64,000 bases of DNA. It comes from a virus. Its lineage: Duplodnaviria > Heunggongvirae > Uroviricota > Caudoviricetes. This document shows, piece by piece, positions 29,017 through 37,297 of this stretch. Where the stretch lies: the IMG/VR virus record IMGVR_UViG_3300023184_000028, positions 118,551 through 182,550 of that record; one strand, written 5' to 3'. The stretch's first letter is position 1. Each line of letters begins with the position of its first letter. A program made the translations under genes and the position numbers. The notes under the pieces were generated by a model, which saw only the letters and a program-made list of their open reading frames with translations, ran no database searches and was not told the DNA's origin.

Positions 29017-29493
29017 ATGACAACAACTACCACCACCCCAACAACAACAGTAATTAACCTTACAACTGGCACAATGGCTGGCGACGTATTCTACGGAACG
29101 TACAATACAATCGTTAAAGGTAAATCTCAAAAAGTAATGGTTTCCAACCACCTTAAAGAAAACAAGGAGTATGAGTTCCGTATTGCTAACAAATGTCAGG
29201 CAGGATTCATCAATATCTCTGATTGGACTACAACACCGAAAGAAATGATTTCAGGTTTTGGTAAAAACACTTTGGTTAATATCCAAGTGAAACATACCTA
29301 CGATAACGGAAAAATTACTTGGATGAATGTATTCACAACCAAAGGTGGCAAATGGTATTCTATTGATAAAGGATTTTTGGATGTGTTGACTGTGGGTGAT
29401 ATGAGACAATCATTTCCTGATATGTGTGATATGGAATTGTGGGGTAGAATGGGTGCTAATACTTGGGCGGACAAGGCGTTCGTTCAGAACTAA
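29017..29493 (+). CDS. Hypothetical protein (158 aa; poly-Thr N-terminus MTTTTTPTTT)
   Basis: ATG 23 nt downstream of the second copy of the consensus promoter. The upstream part of the ORF-track ORF (28828-29016) contains the promoter, so it is taken as non-coding. Confidence 0.6.
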   Translation: MTTTTTTPTTTVINLTTGTMAGDVFYGTYNTIVKGKSQKVMVSNHLKENKEYEFRIANKCQAGFINISDWTTTPKEMISGFGKNTLVNIQVKHTYDNGKITWMNVFTTKGGKWYSIDKGFLDVLTVGDMRQSFPDMCDMELWGRMGANTWADKAFVQN

Positions 29494-29499
29494 AAATAT

Positions 29500-29605
29500 A
29501 GTCAGGTGGCGGAATAGAGCAGACGCTAAAATAACGAGTGGACAGCGTGCCATTGGGGAAGAGCCATAAAAGTTACGCATACAGGTTCAAATCCTGTCCT
29601 GACTA
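29500..29605 (+). ncRNA. tRNA-like structured RNA: perfect 7-bp acceptor stem plus canonical T-arm (ACAGG-TTCAAAT-CCTGT), no anticodon arm, 106 nt
   Basis: AGTCAGG (29500-06) pairs with CCTGACT (29598-604). GGTTCAAATCC T-loop consensus. Local GC-rich island. No 5-bp/7-nt anticodon stem-loop can be formed in the 74-nt interior. Confidence 0.4.
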
Positions 29606-29620
29606 CAAAAAATAAAAGAT

Positions 29621-29710
29621 ATGAAGATAGTATTAATAATAATCGGAGTGATGTTAATTGTTAAATTAGCCTTTTTTATGGCTGATGTTCACGGAAAAAG
29701 TCCTAAATAA
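29621..29710 (+). CDS. Small hydrophobic peptide (29 aa, MKIVLIIIGVMLIVKLAFFMADVHGKSPK), type I toxin-like / small membrane peptide
   Basis: ATG 15 nt after the tRNA-like element; paralog of the 29968 peptide. Confidence 0.4.
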   Translation: MKIVLIIIGVMLIVKLAFFMADVHGKSPK

Positions 29711-29717
29711 AAAAATT

Positions 29718-29819
29718 ATGAGAAATTTTGATAAAGAATTGAAAGATTGGAAATCTGATATGATAGGGTTTTTATTGGCAGGTTTCATCTTGGGAGTTTG
29801 TTTTGGAATATTAATATAG
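29718..29819 (+). CDS. Small membrane peptide (33 aa, MRNFDKELKDWKSDMIGFLLAGFILGVCFGILI)
   Basis: Its stop codon TAG overlaps the first 2 nt of the second tRNA-like element. Confidence 0.35.
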   Translation: MRNFDKELKDWKSDMIGFLLAGFILGVCFGILI

Positions 29820-29951
29820 TCAGGTGGGCGTAATGAGGGAGTGGTTCCCGAATCCCCAAGATTGGCGGTTACCGACACTAGGGTGGCCGTTGCGTCGTAA
29901 GGTTGTCTAATCCGTCTTGAACGGTATCCGGTTCGAGTCCGACCCTGGCTA
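29818..29951 (+). ncRNA. Second tRNA-like structured RNA (same 5' AGTCAGGTGG, GGTTCGAGTCC T-loop, acceptor 3' strand CCTGGCT), 134 nt, no anticodon arm
   Basis: Shares ends with the element at 29500. 7-bp acceptor pairing with one G-U. T-stem only 3 bp. Interior differs and contains a second GGTTCCCGAATCC segment. Confidence 0.3.
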
Positions 29952-29967
29952 CAAAAAATAAAAAATT

Positions 29968-30063
29968 ATGAATATAGTATTAATCATTTTAGTTGTTATG
30001 ATTTTTTTAACTTTTTTTGGGGTTAAAATAACAATACACGACAAAGACAAAAAAAACATATAA
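29968..30063 (+). CDS. Small hydrophobic peptide (31 aa, MNIVLIILVVMIFLTFFGVKITIHDKDKKNI)
   Basis: Paralog of the 29621 peptide, in the same position relative to the tRNA-like element (spacer CAAAAAATAAAA). Confidence 0.4.
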   Translation: MNIVLIILVVMIFLTFFGVKITIHDKDKKNI

Positions 30064-30064
30064 T

Positions 30065-30406
30065 ATGAAAGAAAAACAAGTAATACTGGCAAAGACAGAG
30101 TACGATGCAATGGAAGCCGAATTGACTGACTTGAGAACCATAGTCAACAGCAGAACCATACTCCAAATAGTAGAAGAGGCATCTTATTGGTTCAGGGTTC
30201 GCTATGCGGCAAGTGGCACACGAATCAAATACATATTAGGAACTGAAAGTGATGAGGATAAAATGAAAGTATTATCAGAACATATTGGGGACTTATACAA
30301 TAAGTTAGCGAAGATGGAAGAAGATTTGGGTATAAGGCAGGATGAAATCAACAGATTAAAGAAACTGACGTGGTATCAAAAAATATTCAGTAGAAAAAAC
30401 ATATAA
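30065..30406 (+). CDS. Hypothetical coiled-coil protein (113 aa)
   Basis: ORF; start context AAAAAACATATAATATG. Confidence 0.55.
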   Translation: MKEKQVILAKTEYDAMEAELTDLRTIVNSRTILQIVEEASYWFRVRYAASGTRIKYILGTESDEDKMKVLSEHIGDLYNKLAKMEEDLGIRQDEINRLKKLTWYQKIFSRKNI

Positions 30407-30407
30407 T

Positions 30408-30608
30408 ATGGAAATAGGAGATTGGATTGAATATCCCGAACACGATAAGGCTTGGATTGGGTGGGAAACGACAAGCTCATATCTAATCTACAGGATTAAA
30501 AATGTCCTCAATGAGGAAGGTAAAACCTCGCGTGGTTGGTTATTTAGTCAATTAGAATTAGAGTGGATATTAAAAACTGATTTTAATTATAAAACAAAAA
30601 ACATATAA
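30408..30608 (+). CDS. Hypothetical protein (66 aa)
   Basis: ORF; identical start context AAAAAACATATAATATG. Confidence 0.5.
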   Translation: MEIGDWIEYPEHDKAWIGWETTSSYLIYRIKNVLNEEGKTSRGWLFSQLELEWILKTDFNYKTKNI

Positions 30609-30609
30609 T

Positions 30610-30894
30610 ATGGAACAAAAATTAACACCAACAGAAAGAGTAATTGCAATTGTGTTATTCACAATCGTATTCCTTGCATTGTTGTCGGGACTTGTGAGTT
30701 GTAGCCAACCGGTACTTAATAAGAATGAATATGTTATAGTAGATACGTTAAATGTGTCGCGTAATGGATTTGGAAAGGTTCTTGAATATGAAGTAATTGT
30801 TGAGATTGATAGTTCTTATCATTATGGGACTATTAACGGAGATGGAGAACTAACGCATATTAATATAAAAAAGATTAAAAAAGAAATAAAATAA
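30610..30894 (+). CDS. Small membrane protein (94 aa, one TM)
   Basis: ORF; identical start context; TM segment VIAIVLFTIVFLALLSGLV. Confidence 0.55.
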   Translation: MEQKLTPTERVIAIVLFTIVFLALLSGLVSCSQPVLNKNEYVIVDTLNVSRNGFGKVLEYEVIVEIDSSYHYGTINGDGELTHINIKKIKKEIK

Positions 30895-30896
30895 AT

Positions 30897-30927
30897 TTTG
30901 GCAGAACCAAAATTATCTTTATCTTTG
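30897..30927 (+). promoter_or_regulatory. Bacteroidetes-type promoter (-33 TTTG / -7 TATCTTTG)
   Basis: TTTTGGCAGAACCAAAAT...TATCTTTG; ATG 18 nt downstream. Confidence 0.55.
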
Positions 30928-30944
30928 TAATCTAAATTAAAAAA

Positions 30945-31319
30945 ATGGAAAAAGAATTTATACCATATCAACAAGCATTAGATTTAAAAGAATTAGGATT
31001 TGATGGTACAAATTGTATGAGATTTTATAATGCTGAACTTTCATTAGAAAACACTTTTTTATATTCTGGAAATGTGGGCGCACCCCTATACCAACAGGCT
31101 TTCCGTTGGTTTAGAGAGAAGTATAATTTAGAATATCAAATAATAAAATCAACAAATGGTAATTATTCTGCGGTTATTCATTTGAATACTCAAGAATACT
31201 TAAATAAAATATCAACATTACCTAATGCTTGTGTTGATGAGGTTGTGGATTGTTATTCATACGAAGAAGCAGAACTTGCTTGTTTAAATAAATTAATAGA
31301 AATAGTAAAAAACAAATAA
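30945..31319 (+). CDS. Hypothetical protein (124 aa)
   Basis: ORF 18 nt downstream of a consensus promoter. Confidence 0.6.
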   Translation: MEKEFIPYQQALDLKELGFDGTNCMRFYNAELSLENTFLYSGNVGAPLYQQAFRWFREKYNLEYQIIKSTNGNYSAVIHLNTQEYLNKISTLPNACVDEVVDCYSYEEAELACLNKLIEIVKNK

Positions 31320-31322
31320 CAT

Positions 31323-31523
31323 ATGAAACTCGCATTAAAATTTATCTTATTACTTTTGCACCTTATAATATCAGGAGTTATAATGTATTATATTGCCGAT
31401 TATATTTCTCAACCTGTCAGCCTTGGATTTGTAATTGCCGGTGGTTTGATTTACTTGGGGATTATGATTACAATTAGCTTACACACCTATCAATTTTTGT
31501 CATCAATTAAAAACCAAATATAG
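31323..31523 (+). CDS. Small 2-TM membrane protein (66 aa), possible partner of the downstream SPFH protein
   Basis: Two hydrophobic helices; immediately upstream of the SPFH gene. Confidence 0.5.
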   Translation: MKLALKFILLLLHLIISGVIMYYIADYISQPVSLGFVIAGGLIYLGIMITISLHTYQFLSSIKNQI

Positions 31524-31526
31524 ATT

Positions 31527-32480
31527 ATGATTTTTTTATTAACATTTATTTTAGCGATGCTTATTCTAGGAACAAGCTTCGGAGTATTTAACTTCAAAAA
31601 CTACACCTCAAAGGTGGAAACAAAGTATGGTTCGGAAACCAAAACCAACACAGGATTAATTATTAAAGCAGTTGTTGTTGTATTAGCATCAATCATTTTA
31701 GGAACGGTAAATCCAATTACAGTAGAACGTATTGACGTTGGTAATGTTGGACTTAAAGTAAACAACACTGGTGATGAACGAGGAGTCAGCAAAACGGCTT
31801 ACGTTACGGGTTGGGTGTTTTACAATAATTGGTTGTCTCGTATTAAGGAGTTCCCTGTAACACAACAACACATTGATTATGAGGAAGCTGCGATTATCAC
31901 AAGAGGTGGATTCCAAGCGGTAATCAAACCAAGTTTTAACTGGTCTGTTAATCCGGGAAACGCCGCTGATATGTACCAGAACTTAAAACAGGACGTAGAC
32001 CAAATCAAGGACACTTGGCTTAAAAACGCAATCATCGGGGCAGTTAATGATATTGCCAACTTATATACCGTAGATAGTATTTTTAACCACAGGGCTGAGT
32101 TTGAAGCGGACATTGTTAAAGAGTGTAACAAACGTGTAAGTAAGTGGTTTAATGTGTCTCAATTGAGAACAAACATCGTTCCACCGAAGGAGATTACACA
32201 AGCGATTAACGCCAAGACAGCCGCAGTTCAGGAGGCACAAGCGGCAATACAACAAAAGATAGTTGCTGAAGCACAGGCACAAACACAGATTGCAAAGGCA
32301 AAAGGTGATTCCGCTCAGGCAGTTATATCCGCATCAGGTAGGGCTGAAGCCGTTAAGAAAGAACAACAATACTTAACACCTATGTATATTGAATATATCC
32401 GAGCTCAAAGATGGGATGGTAAATATCCTACAACAATGTTAGGTGGTAACACATCTACTTTATTGAACCTCAACAAGTAA
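31527..32480 (+). CDS. SPFH/band-7 (stomatin/prohibitin/HflC-like) membrane protein
   Basis: N-terminal TM; SPFH-like core; C-terminal Ala/Gln-rich coiled coil QEAQAAIQQKIVAEAQAQTQIAKAKGDSAQAV typical of band-7 proteins. Confidence 0.6.
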   Translation: MIFLLTFILAMLILGTSFGVFNFKNYTSKVETKYGSETKTNTGLIIKAVVVVLASIILGTVNPITVERIDVGNVGLKVNNTGDERGVSKTAYVTGWVFYNNWLSRIKEFPVTQQHIDYEEAAIITRGGFQAVIKPSFNWSVNPGNAADMYQNLKQDVDQIKDTWLKNAIIGAVNDIANLYTVDSIFNHRAEFEADIVKECNKRVSKWFNVSQLRTNIVPPKEITQAINAKTAAVQEAQAAIQQKIVAEAQAQTQIAKAKGDSAQAVISASGRAEAVKKEQQYLTPMYIEYIRAQRWDGKYPTTMLGGNTSTLLNLNK

Positions 32481-32511
32481 TAATCCCGTAAGGGTGGAGC
32501 CACGGCAAAGA

Positions 32512-32536
32512 CCTCATCTTAGGATGGGGTTTTTTA
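32512..32536 (+). terminator. Rho-independent terminator after the SPFH gene
   Basis: CCTCATC-ttag-GATGGGG stem (one G-U) followed by TTTTTT. Confidence 0.55.
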
Positions 32537-32558
32537 TTTATAACGATATTTATATCAT

Positions 32559-32888
32559 ATGAAGATTTTAATAACGGAGAATCAGTTAAGGAAAGTTCAG
32601 TTTAAGTATTTGGATTACTTATTTGATGGGATGTATGAGATTAAATCCGCAAAATATCCTGATTCCAAAATTTGGAAAAAAGATGATGAAGTGGTGTTAG
32701 AATGGTCAACAACAGGTCAGTTGAGAGTTATACATTCAATTTGGAGTAATATTTCCAATATGTTTTCTTTGGAATATGATGAAACTGAACAACTTATAAA
32801 AGATTGGGCGGAACAACATTTAGAAGTAGAAAGAATTACTTCTTTGTATAGAACACAATTTTATCATTCCAGGTGGAACAACGTTTAA
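32559..32888 (+). CDS. Hypothetical protein (109 aa); N-terminus MKILITENQLRKV paralogous to the next gene
   Basis: ORF. Confidence 0.5.
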   Translation: MKILITENQLRKVQFKYLDYLFDGMYEIKSAKYPDSKIWKKDDEVVLEWSTTGQLRVIHSIWSNISNMFSLEYDETEQLIKDWAEQHLEVERITSLYRTQFYHSRWNNV

Positions 32889-32899
32889 TATAAAAAAAT

Positions 32900-33127
32900 A
32901 TGAAGATTTTAATAACAGAAGAACAATTAAAAAAGATTAAAGGTGAGATGGAAGAGGCGTTGGGAGTTCCCGAAGGAATACTTGAAGCCGGTGAAGAGAT
33001 ATATGATTTGATACTCCAAGAGTTGGATAATTTTAATGGTGATATTGACGACCTTAATAAAGACGGGTTTGAGATAGATAAAGAATTTACAGTAGGAGGG
33101 CACACCTTTAATAAGATAACCGTTTAG
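32900..33127 (+). CDS. Hypothetical acidic protein (75 aa); N-terminus MKILITEEQLKKI
   Basis: ORF. Confidence 0.45.
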   Translation: MKILITEEQLKKIKGEMEEALGVPEGILEAGEEIYDLILQELDNFNGDIDDLNKDGFEIDKEFTVGGHTFNKITV

Positions 33128-33148
33128 TTTGATGTTGAAGAACACCCG

Positions 33149-34018
33149 ATGGCAAAAAATGCTGATATGGTTGGGATGAGTTCGGAGAATGATTCAGAAC
33201 TTGACGATAGATTGGTGTTCAGGAGCATTAGAGACCCACAAGAAATTGTTATAGGGTTCAAGTTCTTTATTGGTTCAGGAAAGGGAATTGAGGTTATTAA
33301 AAACTATCTTAATAAACATAGAAACGAAGACATACCATCACTATCTCACGAAATAAAACATGCGTTTAGAGATGTTAAACAAAAGACGGAACCGATGCAC
33401 CAAAGGGTTGGATATGGTGCAATACAACAACAAAAAGAGTTTTTTGGTTTTATTCCTGAACTTAATGAATTTTTATTTAACTCATATTATATCCATGCAC
33501 TTGAGAATGTTGTAAGACCAACAGAACTTGCCGCAGAAATGAGAATTAATAATGTGTCAAGAAAAGAGTTCTTAAAGTTTTTCTTAAACTCCGAAATGAT
33601 TAAAAGATTAAAAGAAATACAAAATTTTAGTTATGAGGACTTTATAGAAAAAATGCATTCAACCGAAAACGTCAGTAAGATAAAAAAAATGTTGGATGCT
33701 GTTGGAGTTGATTATGAAGGTGAAGATGATTATGAGGTTGTTGATAAATTTTTGAAGATGTTTATTGTTAGTTTAACAAATAAAAAAAATGAGTTAATGA
33801 ATAGGTTTTTAACATCTAACGCAATGGAAGCTATATTAGGGTTAAGAGGTGTTAAAGATAAATTTTTCAAGAAGTATGTTGCTCAAACAACAAAATATGG
33901 TTATGACTACGACTCCTTCTTTGAGAATGAAGAGAACAATTTCCACCGAGTCGCCACGATGATGTTTAAGAAACTCGCAAAACTATACGCAATGGCTAAA
34001 AACACCCCTCCTGAATAG
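33149..34018 (+). CDS. Hypothetical protein (289 aa)
   Basis: ORF followed by a strong terminator. Confidence 0.6.
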   Translation: MAKNADMVGMSSENDSELDDRLVFRSIRDPQEIVIGFKFFIGSGKGIEVIKNYLNKHRNEDIPSLSHEIKHAFRDVKQKTEPMHQRVGYGAIQQQKEFFGFIPELNEFLFNSYYIHALENVVRPTELAAEMRINNVSRKEFLKFFLNSEMIKRLKEIQNFSYEDFIEKMHSTENVSKIKKMLDAVGVDYEGEDDYEVVDKFLKMFIVSLTNKKNELMNRFLTSNAMEAILGLRGVKDKFFKKYVAQTTKYGYDYDSFFENEENNFHRVATMMFKKLAKLYAMAKNTPPE

Positions 34019-34030
34019 AGGGGTTTTTTA
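34005..34030 (+). terminator. Rho-independent terminator
   Basis: CCCCTC-ctgaata-GAGGGG followed by TTTTTTATTTT; the stop codon lies in the loop. Confidence 0.7.
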
Positions 34031-34042
34031 TTTTATAAAATA

Positions 34043-34074
34043 TTTGGCTGATAATTTATTATTTCTTATTTTTG
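34043..34074 (+). promoter_or_regulatory. Bacteroidetes-type promoter (-33 TTTG / -7 TATTTTTG)
   Basis: TATTTGGctg...20 nt...TATTTTTG; located just after the terminator 34005-34030. Confidence 0.45.
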
Positions 34075-34094
34075 TATTTCTAATAACAATTATT

Positions 34095-34340
34095 ATGACA
34101 CCAAAAGAAAAAGCGAGAGAATTAGTACATATATTTTACATTTCCTTACCAAACAATGGTGGATTTACAGGGTTAAATAACGTTAATAGTAGATGGAATG
34201 AGGGAAAAAATTGTGCGTTGATTGCGGTAAATGTCATGTTAAAAAACATGATGTTCTATGAGGAACAATTTGATACGGGAAAACCTGAACATCATAGAAC
34301 ATATTGGGTAGAAGTTAAAACAGAAATTGAAAAAATATGA
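34095..34340 (+). CDS. Hypothetical protein (81 aa; start revised to ATG 34095)
   Basis: The consensus promoter at 34043-34074 lies inside the ORF-track N-terminus (TTG 34044). First ATG is 20 nt after the -7 box. Confidence 0.5.
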   Translation: MTPKEKARELVHIFYISLPNNGGFTGLNNVNSRWNEGKNCALIAVNVMLKNMMFYEEQFDTGKPEHHRTYWVEVKTEIEKI

Positions 34341-35200
34341 ATCTAAAAGATATAGCCCAAGAAATAAGGGATGTTATTTCACAGAAACAATTAGAGTTAG
34401 GATTGGAGTTCTTTGAGGAGGAGCACAAATACCTTATGAAAGATGTTGATGGTAAAGTTAGAAATGACTTCCCATCTGTATCAAAGGTGTTAAAGTGTTT
34501 TTACGATGAGTTCCCAACGGAGGAAGCCGCCTATAAGAAATCAGGTGGAGACCCACAAGAACAAGAAAGATTGATTAAAGAGTGGGCGGATGCTGGTGAT
34601 TACGCAACCAATATGGGTAGTAGAACTCACTTTATATTGGAGAAGAAATCTCTTGATATGTTTGGAATAAACAAGGAGGTAAGACAACCTGTGTTTGATT
34701 GTGATATACTCCAAATACAGAAGAGTGATAGTATGGTTCAGGCGGGTGAGAAATACCTTAAATTGATGGAACAGAGAGGTGCGGTATTAATTGATACCGA
34801 GATGGTATTGGGACATCCTGAATTGTCTTACGTAGGTCAGCCGGATAAATTTTGGTTGATGGAGAATAAAGAGAAAACAGGTTATGGGTTGGTTATAAGC
34901 GATTGGAAAACTAATAAAATTAAGAATTTCCAAACAACAAGGTATACCAAGAAAATGAAAACACCATATCACTTTGTGGATGATTTCGCCTTGGGACATT
35001 ATTATATACAATTACCTTTGTATTGTAAGTTATTCCTGAAGATGTTGGAGGGTAGTAAGTACGAAGGGTTAAACCTGTATGGTGGTGTTGTAGTCCTATT
35101 AAAGGATGACTCCGATTACGTGGAGTATAGAATACCAAAGGAGGTTATTGCAACCACTATGGAAATGAATGTAAAAAATTATTTAACCAAGAAAAAATAA
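34337..35200 (+). CDS. Hypothetical protein (287 aa), weak PD-(D/E)XK nuclease-like motifs (LIDTE ... ISDWKTNK)
   Basis: ORF; motif resemblance only. Confidence 0.55.
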   Translation: MNLKDIAQEIRDVISQKQLELGLEFFEEEHKYLMKDVDGKVRNDFPSVSKVLKCFYDEFPTEEAAYKKSGGDPQEQERLIKEWADAGDYATNMGSRTHFILEKKSLDMFGINKEVRQPVFDCDILQIQKSDSMVQAGEKYLKLMEQRGAVLIDTEMVLGHPELSYVGQPDKFWLMENKEKTGYGLVISDWKTNKIKNFQTTRYTKKMKTPYHFVDDFALGHYYIQLPLYCKLFLKMLEGSKYEGLNLYGGVVVLLKDDSDYVEYRIPKEVIATTMEMNVKNYLTKKK

Positions 35201-35203
35201 ACT

Positions 35204-36064
35204 ATGTCTAAAGTAGATGAATTAAGGGCAAAGTATCCAAAAATGACTGCCGCAACATTTAACAAATTTGCCACTGAGGATAAAACAAAAACAAAAAAGT
35301 ATTTGGAATATTTCTGTAAGGTGTGGTCAGCAAAATACGAATATAATTTCCCTGGTACATCATCGGAGTTGATTTATATTGTTAAGGAGTTTGACGCTCA
35401 CCTCCCTTATATTGAGAATAAAGACATTTATAGTGATTATTACACTAATGTTAAAAATCTATATAGTGCAGTTGAAACCGCCACAGAATTAAAAGAAGAA
35501 AAAACTTTTGTTAAGGAAGGTAATGTTGAGATATTGGAGGAGAATGACAGTTATATCTTATTAAGACCTTTGACTCATAGAGCCTCCGTTAAGTATGGTG
35601 CCAATACCAAATGGTGCACCTCAGGAAAAAACGCTGAATCATTATTTAACAATTACATAAGAAAAGGATATTTGGTTTATCTTATTTCTAAAAACGTAAT
35701 GCAGAATAAAGATTATCAGAAGGTTGCTTTTTATATGGAAGGTGCAAATGCCTTGTTTGGTAGTATTGATACCTATGATGCTATGGATAGGAATTTTAGG
35801 GATGAACAAATGATTAAAAATGGTTGGAAACCAGATGAGGTATATAGAATAACAACAAGAATTAGAGGTGAGTATTATAATTGGAAAACACTTAAACAGG
35901 CAAAAGATAAGATATATAGAGCAATGACAAATCTTACCTCAATTGACTTTGACGAATTAAAAGAACATATAGAAGTAGTTGAGAAATCAAAAGATTTTGA
36001 TTATATTTCAAGTGTTAAAGAAACTATAAACGAATTTGTAAAAAAATTAGAATTACAACTATGA
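35204..36064 (+). CDS. Hypothetical protein (286 aa)
   Basis: ORF. Confidence 0.6.
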   Translation: MSKVDELRAKYPKMTAATFNKFATEDKTKTKKYLEYFCKVWSAKYEYNFPGTSSELIYIVKEFDAHLPYIENKDIYSDYYTNVKNLYSAVETATELKEEKTFVKEGNVEILEENDSYILLRPLTHRASVKYGANTKWCTSGKNAESLFNNYIRKGYLVYLISKNVMQNKDYQKVAFYMEGANALFGSIDTYDAMDRNFRDEQMIKNGWKPDEVYRITTRIRGEYYNWKTLKQAKDKIYRAMTNLTSIDFDELKEHIEVVEKSKDFDYISSVKETINEFVKKLELQL

Positions 36065-36300
36065 GTGATTTATTAAAACCAAAAATTGATTTAAGAGAAC
36101 AACCAACCATTATCTGTGAAAATTGCCAAGGGGAATATTTCAAGGAGGTTGTGGTACTTAAAAAAGTATCAAGATTATTAACAGGGTCATCCGATGATAC
36201 CATCGTTCCATTCCCAACTTACATGTGTAATAGTTGCGGACACGTTAACGAAGAGTTTAGATTGTTTGATGTTCCAAAACCTGACATTGAATTGTCGTAA
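36061..36300 (+). CDS. Small zinc-ribbon protein (79 aa; CENCQG...CNSCGH)
   Basis: Two CxxC pairs. Confidence 0.5.
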   Translation: MSDLLKPKIDLREQPTIICENCQGEYFKEVVVLKKVSRLLTGSSDDTIVPFPTYMCNSCGHVNEEFRLFDVPKPDIELS

Positions 36301-36306
36301 CAATTT

Positions 36307-36525
36307 ATGAAAATAGAAGTTGGAAAAATATATGAATGTTTTGGTTCCTTTGTATTATGTACTGGAACCAAACAATCAACCTTTTGGATTAACAATATTT
36401 TTCAAGGTGTTATCGTAAAAACTGATGGCACCGAAGGAAATTATTTAGGACAATACTCTGACACTTGGAGTTCAGACCAATTTAAGGAAACAAACAAAAA
36501 AATTAAATTAAAGGATAATGATTAA
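36307..36525 (+). CDS. Small hypothetical protein (72 aa)
   Basis: ORF. Confidence 0.4.
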   Translation: MKIEVGKIYECFGSFVLCTGTKQSTFWINNIFQGVIVKTDGTEGNYLGQYSDTWSSDQFKETNKKIKLKDND

Positions 36526-37297
36526 TAAACTAATACACTTTTCGGATTTACACATCAGATTGTTCAAAGACCACGATTTGTATAAGAAGATACTTAACCA
36601 AGCATTCTCTGAGTGGAGAGACCTTGCCCCTGATAGAATCGTGTTCACAGGAGACCTTGTTCATTCCAAAAACCAAATGACACCGGAACTTATTGAGTTT
36701 GTTGCTTGGGTATTAAACGAATGTTCCAAGATTGCAAAAACCGTTGTTATCATTGGTAATCATGACTTCCTTGAAAACAATATGTCAAGATTGGATGCGT
36801 TAACACCGATTGTGGAGTCATTACAGAACGAAAACGTGGTTTATTATAAGGACAGAGGAGTTTACCAAGACCAGAACATTGATTGGTGTGTATACTCTCT
36901 AATGGAACATAACATACCACCTGATATGACTAAAAATGGTAATACCAAGATTGGTTTATTCCATGGTCCTGTTCAGGGATTAACCACCGATATCGGTTAT
37001 AAATTTGAAGAAGGATTTGATGTTGATAAGTTCAGAGGATGTGATTTGGTGTTATGTGGCGATATTCATAAGAGACAAGTGTTTGATATTCCGAATGGTA
37101 AGAAGGCATATATGATTGGCTCCACCGTTCAACAGAACTTTGGTGAAACGGTTAAGAATCATGGTTATGGTATTTATGATGTTGAAAAAAATGATTATCA
37201 GTTTGTAGATATTGATAACCCAAAACCGTTCTTGGCGTTCAAGATAAACTCAATAGAAGATTTAGTAAATGGAAAAGAATTACTCATTAATTATTAA
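36518..37297 (+). CDS. sbcD: SbcD/Mre11-like nuclease (T4 gp47-like calcineurin-type phosphoesterase)
   Basis: HFSDLHI (motif I), FTGDLVH (motif II), IGNHDF (motif III); sits 1.1 kb upstream of the SbcC-like ATPase. Confidence 0.8.
   Translation: MINKLIHFSDLHIRLFKDHDLYKKILNQAFSEWRDLAPDRIVFTGDLVHSKNQMTPELIEFVAWVLNECSKIAKTVVIIGNHDFLENNMSRLDALTPIVESLQNENVVYYKDRGVYQDQNIDWCVYSLMEHNIPPDMTKNGNTKIGLFHGPVQGLTTDIGYKFEEGFDVDKFRGCDLVLCGDIHKRQVFDIPNGKKAYMIGSTVQQNFGETVKNHGYGIYDVEKNDYQFVDIDNPKPFLAFKINSIEDLVNGKELLINY

Larger units (their letters stand above)
28721..29019 (+). repeat. Direct repeat of a ~65-bp promoter/leader cassette (28721-28781 and 28958-29019, ~85% identity)
   Basis: Both copies end ...TTATCTTTGTATTCACAAAACAATCAAA(G/T)ATATG and each drives a different downstream ORF. 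Confidence 0.7.

Noticed and set aside
29500-29951. Calling the two GC-rich elements ordinary tRNA genes
   Set aside because: Their lengths (106 and 134 nt) exceed any canonical tRNA. Exhaustive manual search of the interiors found no 5-bp/7-nt (or 4-bp/7-nt) anticodon stem-loop and no convincing D-arm. They are reported as tRNA-like ncRNAs instead.
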